NCBI RefSeq assembly: GCF_036588685.1
Contig: NC_086379.1
Coordinates: 36,642,001-36,706,000 of the forward strand
Reading direction: 5' to 3'
Source of the DNA: Mytilus trossulus
Lineage: Eukaryota
DNA length: 64,000 bases
The position numbers and the translations under genes were made by a program. Of this stretch, positions 13,625 through 25,735 are shown piece by piece. The notes beneath the pieces were generated by a model, which saw only the letters and a list, made by a program, of their open reading frames with translations, was not told the origin of the DNA and made no database searches. The number at the start of each line of letters is the position of its first letter. Within the stretch, counting starts at the first letter, position 1.

Positions 13625-14100
13625 AGTAGCTCGATTGAAAACAAAACTTTACGACAAAAGAGATGATTTCAGCTTTCCAATTGTGAACTTTCTATTGCTA
13701 AGTAGCAACATTCCAGCAGCACCTGCATACGGTGAATATATCTCCCAATTGATACGATATTCCCGTGCTTTTATTTCCTATCATGATTTTCTTGATAGCG
13801 GGTTGTTGCTCACAAGGCAGTTATTGAATCAAGAGTTCCAAATGGTGAAGTTGAAATCATCTGAAAAATTTTACGGACGCCAACACGAGTTGGTTGGCCG
13901 TTATGGAATAATCGTTTTACAAATGATATCGGATATGTTCCTTACGTCGTAAACTACAACCCCCTTCCCTTTCATAAATGTGAACTACCGAATTATACTA
14001 TTTACCGAATTTATTATCTCTTTTTCATTTATTGCCATGGCGTTGTCAGTTTATTTTTATGAGTTTGACTGTTCCTCTTGTATGTTTCATCCCTCTTTTT
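13625..14100 (+). mobile_element. Penelope-like element 3' fragment (RT thumb region plus 3' tail)
   Basis: ORF 13635-13952 KTKLYDKRDDFSFPIVNF..LSSNIPAAPAYG.YISQLIRYSRA...KFYGR is the typical PLE RT C-terminus; followed by a tail (gccatggcgttgtcagtttat...ccctctttt) found elsewhere in the window. Confidence 0.9.
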
Positions 14101-14680
14101 TCTACCCGACATCAGAAACTACTTTTATAAATACAAGATTTAAAAATACTAAAAATGCTCTAGCTATCTGCCAATGGTATAAAGGCAATCGACAAATTCA
14201 ACAAATTATTTAACATTTTATCTTATGCTAAGGAATAGTTGGGTTTGACGTCATAATATATTAATGGATTTCAAGACTTCTAACCTTCACAGTTTGGGAT
14301 CTAGCATTATTCCACGAAAAGCAAATTGTGCCAAGTAACATTTGTCTGGATAATGTTTTAATTCTTCCAAGAAATCGTAAAAAGTCGATTGTTACGAAGT
14401 TGGTCTAATTGAATCAATACGTCTATGGAATGCCTTTACATATTTCAGCATCATGATTTAAAACGTAATTTTTATGGAAGAATCATTAGTAGAAATAAAC
14501 AAGATTGCCATTCTTGTCTTGAAATTAGCGTTTGTATCTATAACTAACTCAGAGACAGATAAGAACATCGGTTATTTTTTTTTTTTTTTATAAAAACACA
14601 TTTCTAAATAAATATAACTGCTTCCGACTATTAAAAAAAAAATAGACCTGTAAAACCCTTATTCCTTAAAAATGTTGGAG

Positions 14681-14740
14681 AAAGATATGTCAAGTTCAAA
14701 AGATATGTCAAATTCAAAAGATATGTCAAGTTCAAAAGAT
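14681..14740. repeat. 18-bp tandem repeat x3
   Basis: aaaagatatgtcaa(g/a)ttc. Confidence 0.85.
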
Positions 14741-14939
14741 GAATACATTCGTTGTTATAGATTTTTTTTTAAAAAGCAGATGGGGATAATTTATATAGAT
14801 TAATATTTATGAAACATCAAATACGGTTTTTGAAAGTACTATGTTTTTTCTATTGTAATACATTTTGCTTCCATACACAGGCCACTAATAAAGATACTAC
14901 ATATTTTAGATAGTTTGTAATGAACATTGGTTCTGGATA

Positions 14940-15800
14940 CGGACACAGGGGCATTAGAGTAGCTGCATGCATCAAATAAGTTTTCTATATAAGGAATCGG
15001 CTTAAAAGGAAAGTGTATGTATACTGTAATGACTGTTCATAATGAATATTTAAGTTCACAAGGACGGCTGCTGTACAACTACTAGTTTGATGCAAATATT
15101 GGTTGACGTTTCGTTCCAAAGGGTATCACAACACCTGACCATGTAAACTAAGAGGAATGCATACTTTGTAACCATTGAAATTACGGCTATCTGTTGAAAT
15201 GTTGATCCAACAAACTCAACAGATCTATTATCGACCAAAATGTCTAGCATTTTGTTGATACCACTTCCTATATATTTGTTGTTGGAATCAGCATACTTCT
15301 ACATGAAGAATATTTTTGACCTGTAACAAATAATTTGTATCTTGATTCCTAATTTTTCCTGTTTAATAAGAAGCAGTATACGATCTTGAGCCTGGGAAAT
15401 AGTAGTGTTGGCGTGAGAAAAACATGACGTTTTGATATAACCATAAAGTTGAAAAAGATTTCAAATAAATACACTCTTTTAGATTGATACTACTCGATAG
15501 ATATTCCAAATCACAACATTTATGAAGGACCTCTTTTATTGTAGGAAGAATGATAGAAAACACGTTTGAGAGGATAAATAGACGAAAAGGCTAAATATCA
15601 TTCTTTTTTTTATTTAAAATTTTCTAAGGTTTATCTATCCAGTATTAAGATGAGAGATGTTTATCTACTTTTTTGTTTAATACCAAAGGAGAAAATAATA
15701 GATCTGTTATTAAACAAATTCTCCTTTTAAGAATGATGCTGTAGAGCTAATGCGATTCCAAGATTTGCCACAGTTTACTTACTTTTTTTTGTTTAACATT
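14940..15800 (-). pseudogene. Degenerate Penelope-like RT core remnant
   Basis: MLDILVDNRSVEFVGSTFQQIAVISMVTKYAFLL resembles PLE motif ML.FLIDNIFVEFGG..FQQ..GIPMGTNCAPLL; upstream IKEVLHKCCD...SSIN...KSFSTL resembles the PLE region before DFSTLY; boundaries approximate. Confidence 0.7.
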
Positions 15801-16910
15801 CTAAGTTTCGGTTTTTGCAAATAAAAACAATAGTTTTTTAACCTAAACAAAAACCTCTTGCTTCTAATAATATTGTTTCCTCTTATACCCGATTTAGTTT
15901 GTCATTGGGATGTGTTTTTTTTTCTTAATCGAGTTATACCTTTGAACACCGGAATACTACTGTTGCTTTTTAGTGACACCTTTGTGCTCATGTTAAACTA
16001 TTTTCATAATGCCCTATAGATAAAGTGTTCGAGTTATCTTCACCAGACTTGCCCCATGTACATGTTTGAAGAAAATCTAAAATAAACATATACTCCTGAT
16101 ATTATGCTTTCTTATAAACAAGAAACGTAGTCGCTTGAATTATTAAAAAAATATATAATGGTTGGGTAGGCAAAAGTAAATCGCAAAAATACTGAACTCC
16201 TAGGAAAATTCAATCGTTAAGTCCATAATCAAATGGCAAAACAGATCGAAGGAATGGACAATTTCAATTGATTTTTTTAAAGGATTTTTAACTTCATTGC
16301 TTTGAAACTGCTGATAAAAACAATAGTGGCAATTCCAACTCTCGTTTGTTGTATGTATCAAAAAATATCAAATAATTTAAACATATGATAATTTTGTTTA
16401 CAAATTTTAGAATTAGATATCAATAAAATAACTATGATAAATGATGGCTCCAACAGGTCTGGTTGCTTCAAAAGCGATTATAGAAAATATTAAGACCTAC
16501 AAACAGAGGACAAATTACGAAAATAACTCAAATCAGTCATTTTGACAGTTGATAAAAAATATAAAACCCAAAGTACTAGATAGCGTACATTTGTTATGTT
16601 ATTCTCTAGTGATAGTAAAATTTAAAGTGTGTGCCCGTCTTATTTCAATATTAGCATACACAAATGGTTCAAAGATCAAACTCTAATCAAAATAATGTCA
16701 CCTAGTGCCCTAAATTCAACTTCTGATTTTAAAAAAAATGAACAAAGTAAAAATAATGATATCTCTCTGAGCTAGTACAATGCACACTGGAATACAGGAC
16801 AAATGAGATGGATGAATGAAGAGACTTTTCATGTATGTTCTACTTTTCTCAAAATTATTAGATATGTTTCATAACATTAACTTCGAATATCTCTGACAAC
16901 ATACTTCTTT

Positions 16911-16938
16911 AATCCTGGTATCTATGATGAGTTTGTTA
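16911..16938 (+). repeat. Isolated 3'-end fragment of the retrozyme family (similar minus-strand fragment at ~3562-3592)
   Basis: aatcctggtatctatgatgagttt matches the terminal repeat of 6349-6738. Confidence 0.6.
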
Positions 16939-16998
16939 TGTTAGTTTAAATTCAAACGGAGACTCTTCTACACATTAAAATAAACTATAAAGTAGGTT

Positions 16999-17293
16999 AA
17001 ATAAAATTGAGAATGGAAATGGGGAATGTGTCAAAGAGACAACAACCCGACCAAAATAAAAAAAACACAACAGCAGAAGGTCACCAACAGGTCTTCAATG
17101 TAGCGAGAAATTCCCGCACCCGGAGGCGTCCTTCAGCTGGCCCCTAAACAAATATATACTAGTTCAGTGATACTGAACGCCATACTTATTTCCAAATTGT
17201 ACACAAGAAACTAAAATTTAAATAATACAAGACTAACAAAGGCCAGAGGCTCCTGACTTGGGACAGGCGCAAAAATGCGGCGGGGTTAAACAT
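16999..17293 (-). repeat. SINE-like interspersed repeat (Nin/Deu-domain-like core CCTGTCCCAAGTCAGGAGCC); split copy at 56352-56565 + 58424-58468
   Basis: Direct alignment between copies; family naming is from recall. Confidence 0.75.
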
Positions 17294-18706
17294 CTTTGTG
17301 TAAACTCTAGAAGAGGTTTAATTTTACAGCTTATTAATACGTTATCTTATTTTGGAAATACGCAATACAATGTGTCTCTTTCTCAACTCACTAGCCACAT
17401 GTTTTCTCTGTCTTAGTTCTTAACTAATAAGATGTTGTCTGATTTATAATTTTACTGTTTATGTACTTTACTCATTGCGACAAACAAGCTGAGTGAAAAT
17501 TTGCATGGATGGTGGTGCATATATATATAGCATAGTAGTGGACCCTACCCCTTTTGACATACCATTTTTAAAGGGTTATATAGAGGAAGTTATTGTTCTT
17601 TCCCTTGGTTAATTTAAGCTTCTTACTGATTTTATGAGATAAGATAATCAATTAACCAATGCTGCCTAAATTTACTGGTTTAACTGTTAAAACTTTAGAA
17701 TGTTGCCATCTCTTAAATTTTCAGGGCTAACAACAATACATTCCTTAACCAATTTTAATAAGCAAATTTAACAAACTTGAAGTAGCTAGAATAGCATTTG
17801 ACTAAAAAATCCTTTGGCTTTGGAAGAAATTCATCATTTTTATAAAGAATAAATATGAAGCAGGAATATATCCTAATCCAAAAATAAGAATGGCATACAT
17901 GAAAGCATGAATGTTTTTTTGTGGTCATGTTGCTCATGCAGTCTTTAGTTTTCTATATTGTTGTTTGTCTTTTTTATTTTTGCCATGGGGTGGTCACTTG
18001 GTTTGTAACTAGTGAGTTTGGATATCTTTTTGGTGTGTACATTATCTCTTAAAGCAGCCATTAACAGTTATTGATATTGAACTTGATATTCACTCTACCA
18101 TACACAAACATTTAGATAATCTCATAAGAAGAGGGTTACTACTATCAAAATCATAGACAGAGAAGGTCAGATGAGAAAAATGGCTTATATATTTCTGAAA
18201 AATAAACCCATGGGAAATAGCTACTTGTAGATTCATAGATTGTTCCAAAAAATAGCTAATTAGTATCTATTACCAACACAATTTGTTCATTACAATATCA
18301 GACAAAACTAAAATACACAATAGAAGCAAATAAAATTCACCAATACAAGCGAATAAAACCCCCAATACAAGTGAATAAAATCCCCCAATACACGTCTATA
18401 TTTTCTTGCATCCACTTCATTTGAACTTGGTGGATATTTGTCTCATTGGCAATTTTACCACATCTCCTTATTTTTATAGTAAATATTTCAATGATAAATG
18501 CATACAACTAATTTGAGTGTCAATGTCTCTGAACTATCTGATATTAATAATACCTTGCAATGTAATTGTATATATTTTTTCTGATTCTTACTCATCTTTA
18601 CTAGATAAAACCTTAATGCATAAGATTATTGACTTTCCTTTACAAAGTGAGAGTCGTATCACAATGCTAATAATAACAATAGTAAAGTTCTAAAATTACT
18701 ACTTAA

Positions 18707-18981
18707 GGTGGTACCTAACACTACAGGGAGATAACTCTGTAAAATCAGCTTAATGTTCTAATTACATTGTGTTGTTAAGGGAATATTAAGCTTCTCAATG
18801 ATCAAAACAAGTGTTTGTCAAACTGCTATATAACCAGTGTAATTTTTCTGATAAAACGGTTGGTTCAAATTTTTTTTTTTTTTTTTATATTTTTGTCAAA
18901 GGGTCAAAGTAAATACTTTGTCAAAATTTCAAGAAATTTAAACAAGCCAAATCAATTTTAGTTAAAGCGTTGGGTACCACC
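18707..18981. mobile_element. TTAA-flanked MITE (Kolobok-type)
   Basis: TTAA|GGTGGTACCTAACACT ... AGCGTTGGGTACCACC|TTAA; GG...CC termini with TTAA TSD. Confidence 0.88.
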
Positions 18982-19918
18982 TTAAACTATTTACAAGGCT
19001 TTTCAGTAATCTAGTTTTATTCAAAAGAAACATGCTTTCAAATACAAATGTATAAATTTATTAAAATCTGTTTTATCTACAATCATTCAAAAAGGACTGA
19101 ACCTTTAGAGCTGTATGTCATACTTTTCGTGTATGTGTCCTATTTATGAGATTATGATATGTTACTTATATTTATATCTTATTATAATTACACATTTCTT
19201 TCATAACAATAACAACCTTTCAAGAAATTCTTCTTTAAAGAACATGCAAGTAAATAATTAGGTTATTCAACTTTTTGAAATTGATATTAGTAAGGTAATT
19301 TAAAAAGTACATGCAAATCAAATAAAGGAGTTAAACAATACTGATCGAGTTTCAAAACAATAACAGCTGTCAACATATAAAATATATATGCATACAGCGA
19401 AACTGTGTCACAAAATTCAGGTTAGGTAATTGTAAAAAAAGGATCGAATTCCACTGATACAGAATTAATAGATTTTAAAAATCATAACAAAGCAAGAACC
19501 ATATATTAAGTCATTGAAGTGATATGTATATATATTTTGTAAAAGTACTTTGTTAAAGTATACATACTGCAATATATATACTTTGTAAAAATATACATAC
19601 TGTAATATATATACTTTTTAAAAGTCAACAAACTATTTTAATGACATGATCAAATAAAAGATAGTATCTTATTGAAATGAAATAAAAGTTTCAAAGCAAA
19701 CAACAGCTTCTATTTTGTCAAATGAGTATAATATGGGGAATATCATGTTTTAAATAAATGTTGATATTCTTAAGGGGACATACTATAGACTGCCAGTAAG
19801 ATCGTAGGATATCACTGAATTCCTCAAATTACACAAAATACAAAAATTGTGAAAAATAGACTCACAGGGAATGCAAATTAATAAACAAACAAAATAATGA
19901 AAATGGGTACTCATCATA

Positions 19919-20060
19919 ACTAAACTCATCATAGAAACCAGGATTAAAATAATTATATACATGCCAGATGCGCATTTAGTCTACAAAAGACTCATCAGTG
20001 ACGTTTGAATCTAAAAAAATGTTTAAAAGGTCTGGCCAAATAAGGTATGAAGTTGAACAT
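19919..20060 (-). mobile_element. Truncated retrozyme-type copy with mutated hammerhead core (19962-20003)
   Basis: Reverse complement reads CGUCA-CUGAUGA-GUCU uuugu AGAC-UAAA-UGCGCA-UC-UGGCA...aucCUGGUUUCUAUGAUGAGUUUA. Confidence 0.83.
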
Positions 20061-22175
20061 CATAAAAGTATTCTCTCTTACACAACAAATAGTACTAAAA
20101 GAAAACAGACAAACTTTATATAACCAAATTTCTCTTGTTTTCTTCTATTTATAAGCATCATTTGTATAGACAATTTGTAAATGTCTGTTGGTGAAAACTG
20201 TATGTTGACCTTAGATGTCTTTTTTATATTTGTGTCACTCTGATTGATGCATTGCCCTCATCTCCTTTTCTTCATTACCTTATATGACACCTAATTTTCT
20301 GTACAAATATCAAAAGTGTTCCTATTGTACCATTGACAACCTACATAATTAGTTACAAATACATTTTTTAGCACGAATTAATTGTAGGAGGAGTACGGTT
20401 GACGCCTAGAAATTAGTTTTCTCTTATTTTTTGTTGATTTAAACCTGATCTGTCGCCCACTAGATTCATGCTTGTTAAGCCACATGTTTACTAAGTTGCT
20501 TGCAAGCCATTTCTAACCAAATCTATTAAAAATATCATAATTGTAATTTAGATTTGAACCATAAGACACAAATTTTACCGTTTCATGGTGTGCTCCTATT
20601 TTTTGCAATTATGATGATTTTTGGACTTTCCCTCGGACTTCAGTATTCTTGTGATTTTAATTTTAATAGAGATTTTACACATTATTAATAGTTGATTTTC
20701 AAATTTAAACCTCTCGAAAACTTTCAATATTTCAAGTAGAGAAAAATTTCATAACCAATGTTTTAGAATATAAATTTCATTAATCTTAACCGATATATAT
20801 ATTATCTTTCAAACAGATTGTTTGATTTGGATAATGGATCTTTGATTTACTTCTTCTAATCTCATCTATGGTTAAATTGAATATGTCTTAAAAATTCATA
20901 GGCATTAACCTATTATTTATAGCTCCTTTGAAAAGATTGGTAATGTATGCCTTTGAATTGTTTACATATCATTGGAGAAATTAATATCATTCCAAGTGTT
21001 CAAAGTACATGTATATCACAGGTCATTCACTGCAGTGGTAGAGTTTATATCTACTGGTATCTATCAACATGCACCAAGGAGTGCAAAAATATTACTGCCC
21101 TTGTATGCACATATTATTTTTATCTTGTACTCTTGTCAACTTAAAAAAAAAGTGGTCACCTCCCTGGAAGATTTCTATTACATAATTCTATAGAACAGTT
21201 ATTGGTCTATAGAAAAAACCTGAACAATACTTTGATGTAAATCAGTCATTATAACAGAAAAGTTATTGTCAAAAATACCTCCATAGAATTTTCTAGAGAC
21301 AATCTATCAAATGTGTGGCTTCCTTACATAATATGAATATTTATAGCATGTAAATCTGATAATTCTCATAAAAGCTGTCAGTATAATCTGCTTAACATTT
21401 AAACTTGGTTAATTTTAACAAAGGACTTTATTTATAAACCGCCATTTTAATTATTAGGATCATTTTCAGGATCATTTTCAAATGTCTCATTTTAACAAGT
21501 TTAAAAAAAACAAAAATCTTTTGAATGTGACAAAATTATATTTGTTAAGGTTTTCTGTAAGTCTATAAAAATAGGTCAACCATAATAATTTAAAATCCAT
21601 TGGAATTTCCAAGAAAATATAAATACCAGTTTATTATTCCATGCAGTATTATATCTAAATTGAGTTTTTTTTAAAACACCTGTACTTTAAAAAAAACATT
21701 AATGTAAACACAAATAATCGATCATATTGTGTGCATTTATCCTTAACCAGTTGGTAAAAAAGCAAAATCTAATTACTGCCATTGGACAAATTTTTGATGG
21801 AATATCGCTACTGTAAATATGAAAACAAGTTGTTATTTTTGCAAATGGTATAACAAGACATTGCAAGTTATGCATTTATAAACTCATTGTAGTATTTCTA
21901 AATTTTCAATAGTTGTAAGGTTAAATGATCTTTTTTCAAATGTAAATGTGAACTGATATAACACTCAATAAAATATACAAATACAGTTGATCTTGACCAT
22001 AAAAGTCACCAGTGGGTCCAGAGGAAACTCACCTAAGTTATTGACCTTCGAATCCAGGTTCAAAATGGACAGCTTTTGTTACAGCAGATTATGAAGAGGA
22101 TGCACTAACAAGACATATATCTGAAAAGTAGGGGTTACCATACTGCGTATTAGAAAGTAGAAACCACAGACTCAC

Positions 22176-22452
22176 CAGGGTAGGGTCTATTTCTACCAGA
22201 AGGGGTACTTGATCTTTGACCTCCATCATTAGGTATGTCCAAAAGCCTTTCTATCATCATCATCTTCTGCTGACGAGCTTTCAGTCTTCCTTTCGTCAAG
22301 CGTTGCTTAGCAGCCATACATCTTATGTGATCATCGAAAACAAAGCGTCCTGACAAAAGAGGAAGTGGTCTTGCATGCTGGGAACTAGGAGGTTTGTGGA
22401 TGGTGATGTGGAGTGATCTACTGTCATCCTTATCTCCTGTAACTTCTACATC
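22176..22452 (-). CDS. CLEC16A: CLEC16A exon (DVEVTGDKDDSRSLHITIHKP...FDDHIRCMAAKQRLTKGR...RNRPYP+1 nt)
   Basis: Within ORF 22150-22464; tttgaag acceptor, GTGAGT donor; 277 nt (phase 0 to 1); DDSR.L.ITIHKP and F.DHIRC..AKQRL.KGR motifs conserved in CLEC16A. Confidence 0.97.
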
Positions 22453-22481
22453 CTTCAAATACATTCATGGCAAAGTAAATT

Positions 22482-22652
22482 TACTGTAGATTCATAAGTT
22501 ATTTGTGGAATACCAATTTTAAAGCACAAATTTAAATGTTCAACACCATTTAACTTTCCATCCACTTGTCTGTAGATTTGGCAAAACAATTAAAATTCAA
22601 TTTCTCAATCCACAAAAAATGTGTCCTCAAAATAATAAATGAATCCACACTA
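22482..22652. mobile_element. Degenerate TA-flanked MITE (TACTGT(A/G)GATTCAT termini); relatives at ~12230-12412, ~32660-32820, ~58797-58860
   Basis: tactgtagattcat ... atgaatccacacta inverted ends; shared taccaattttc/ccac(g/a)aaa motifs. Confidence 0.6.
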
Positions 22653-23692
22653 GAGTCTTATTTAGTTAGAGTGAATGAGTAGTTGGTGGTTGGTATGGTG
22701 TTTTGTATTGTCCAATATTTCTTAAAGGATTCATGTTATCCTCTTTATGTTTTATTCGGTATGACAAATTTACTTTCATATTTTTGACTAAGAAAGTGTT
22801 TTTGTAAGAGTTTAGTGATAAATATTACCAATATAATTAACAGTGTTTTACCTTATGTTGTAAAAATTGTACTTGAACATTCCCCACTCAATTGTTTAGA
22901 TAGTTCTCTCATTGACAATCATACTGTATATATTTTTATATTGTAAATAGCCATCCTCTTTAACATGTTTTATAGCATAAAATTATCCAATCACTTTTCA
23001 TGATAAGCAATTGAAGACAAATAATGTTGGTGGTATAAAAACACTTTGTACCTACTCAAATTCAGTTGTTCACTTTATTTTTACTTTCATTAAAATTTAT
23101 TGAGAAGCATACTGTAAAATTCAAATTCCAGAATTTACTTATATGGTTACAATATACGTTTTGACCTTGATATTAAAGAAAAATATGCAAATAATAAAAC
23201 AATCTATTTTGTGATACATCTTTTATTTGTCTCAAAGGTTGGATTATATCAAATGTGTCACTTGAATGCTAATAATACAAAAAGTTAGGATCATATGTCA
23301 AAAATAATGTAAATTTCAATAATTTTAAACAGAAAAATCTCCTTTGAAGCGCCATGTGAACAATAGTTTTGTCAGTCATAAATCTTCCATTACTTCTATT
23401 TTTATCTAACCATCCTTATAGCAGATCTTTCATAGTACTCTGTATAATTATGCACATGATTTTTATACTTGATTTTGAGCTTTACATATGGTTTAAGACC
23501 CCTATTGTTGAAAACCATATTGACTTTCATATCTTTTGGATTTCCAGGACAGATATTTATTGGTTTGCCTTATTTTTTAATCTTACTAGTATGCACATTC
23601 AACTTTCAGCATTCCAGCTAAAAACAAACCCTTAAGGCCTTGTTACAAGCCTTGCAACTTTTTTGTTTATCACAGAAATGTTTAGAACCTAC

Positions 23693-23801
23693 TTGTAAGA
23701 ATCCAGCAAATCTAACAACACCCCAGCCAAGCCTCTTTGTATCTGGTTCTACTAGAATTAACTGTATACTGTCTATCACAAGAAAGCGTCGCTCCATTTT
23801 T
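23693..23801 (-). CDS. CLEC16A: CLEC16A exon (KMERRFLVIDSIQLILVEPDTKRLGWGVVRFAGFLQ)
   Basis: Within ORF 23618-23839; tttcaacag acceptor, GTAGGT donor; 109 nt (phase 2 to 0); LVEPD..RLGWGVV.FAG.LQ is diagnostic of CLEC16A. Confidence 0.97.
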
Positions 23802-24869
23802 CTGTTGAAACAAGAAGAAAGGTCAGAAATTAACAACATCTAAAATCTTTAAAAAAAAAAAGGTATTTGTTTCAGTTCTTACTTTTTTTTTAATCATCTA
23901 TTTACATGCAACTAGGGGCTTAAATGTCCTTGTTTACTCCCATCCAAATCTTGGTGGGGTTTAAGTTGCTCAGTCTTTAATTTTCTATGTTGTGTATTGT
24001 ATACTGATGTTTGTCTTTTGATCATTTTGGGGTTTTTTGCCATGGCATTATATTTTTTTTAACTTATGAGTCTGAATGTCCATTTGGTATCAGTGAAGAT
24101 GCATTTATGGTAAACATCTACAAACGTTTAGACTTCTTTTATAACCAGAAGCCTCATTTAAACTATCATACATGATAGTCATATTTCAGTACATGATTTG
24201 TAGAAATATACTTAGCCTTTTAAATGAAAACATTATTTTAGCCTTCAACTGATATTGTATGTTATATAGTAAACCTTAAATTTGATGTATAGGCTACAGT
24301 TTTATCTTAGAATATATTATTCTCCTGTTTCAATGTTAAGGGTAAGGGTCAGAGTATTTTTTTGCATAGCAATCTACTATGTCATGAGTAATAAACTGAT
24401 ATTGCTAGGATTTTAAATTAAGATACCTGCAAGTTGCATAAAGAAGTATCTTATATTACAACTGTCTAACCTACACATTCAGATAATATGTTCAATGCTA
24501 CAATATTATATAATACTAGAAAAGTAATAAAGCTTTTTTCTTGAATCATTATTAACTTAAAATAGCATCAAACAGAAACACAGAGACTATTTTTGGAGCA
24601 ACCTTTTTATGAGTTACACCTTTCAAGACACAATCTTTCATTACTTTAATTTTTAATGTAGTAATTCTTGATTCAAATGTTTTATTACAATTAACACCCA
24701 GTTTTTATTGTCATTATTTAATGAACAATTTACTTTTACTATCTTCATTTCTGCTGATCAAGAAATAACAGGCTGATGGATATTCCAGTCATGAATTTGA
24801 CTGAATAGAAGCAAGATGAGAACAAAACACAAAACAAGAAACCAGTCCTCTGTGTCTTTTCTCATAATT

Positions 24870-25015
24870 TTATGTTTAAAGAAGTTTGCCATAATCCCAA
24901 GAAACTAATTCCATTTTATTTCTGATCATTCTGTGTTTAAAGAAGTCTGCCATAATCCCAAGAAACCAGTTCCATTTCTGTTCTGGTTATTTTGTATTTA
25001 AAGTAGTCTACCATT
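24870..25015. repeat. Minisatellite, 61-bp unit x ~2.5
   Basis: gaagtttgcc 24881, gaagtctgcc 24942, gtagtctacc 25003. Confidence 0.8.
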
Positions 25016-25117
25016 CTTAGTCATAATTTGAAAAATAAGTATTTCTATGTATCTAAAGTTAGCAGACTTCCAATAGCTTATTTATAATCAATAACACCTT
25101 GCAAAAAACTTATTTAA

Positions 25118-25735
25118 CCTCTTAGTTCATTATAGATCTCATTTCCAAGTATTGGAGCATGTATTGCATTATGTAATTTTATTGTCCCGGTTTTCATCTT
25201 TCCAAGAATTCTTTAGCATCAGACAGTCTTTGATCTTTCGTCCAGAAAATAAAGATAAGGAAAACAAACATTGTAAACAATGTAAACATCTACCTTAATG
25301 ATCAAATCCCATTATACTATGTAAACACTTAATAAATTGGAAAAGACCATTTTAAAAAGATTGTCTATTTATGCCATACTTTAAATTCCAGGGAAAGTAG
25401 TTTGAAGGTCTTAAACATATGAAAACACATTTTTTTCCCTCTTAGTTCATTACGGATCTCATTTCCAAGTATTAAAGCATATGTATTATATAGAGCAATT
25501 TTATTGTCCAGATTTTCATCTTTCTAAGAATTCTTCAGCATCAGACAGTCTTTGATCTTTTGTCCAGAAAAAAAAGATAAGGAAAACAAACATTGCAAAC
25601 AGTGTAAAATCAACCTTAAAGATTAAATCCCATTATACTATGTAAACACTTTTAAAATTTATGGGTATTTTAAACATACCAATTTATAAAGATTTGTCTA
25701 TTTATGTCATACTTTGAATACCAGGGTAAGTGGTT
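25118..25735. repeat. Tandem duplication, period 320 bp
   Basis: cttagttcatta at 25121 and 25441 with colinear downstream sequence. Confidence 0.9.
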
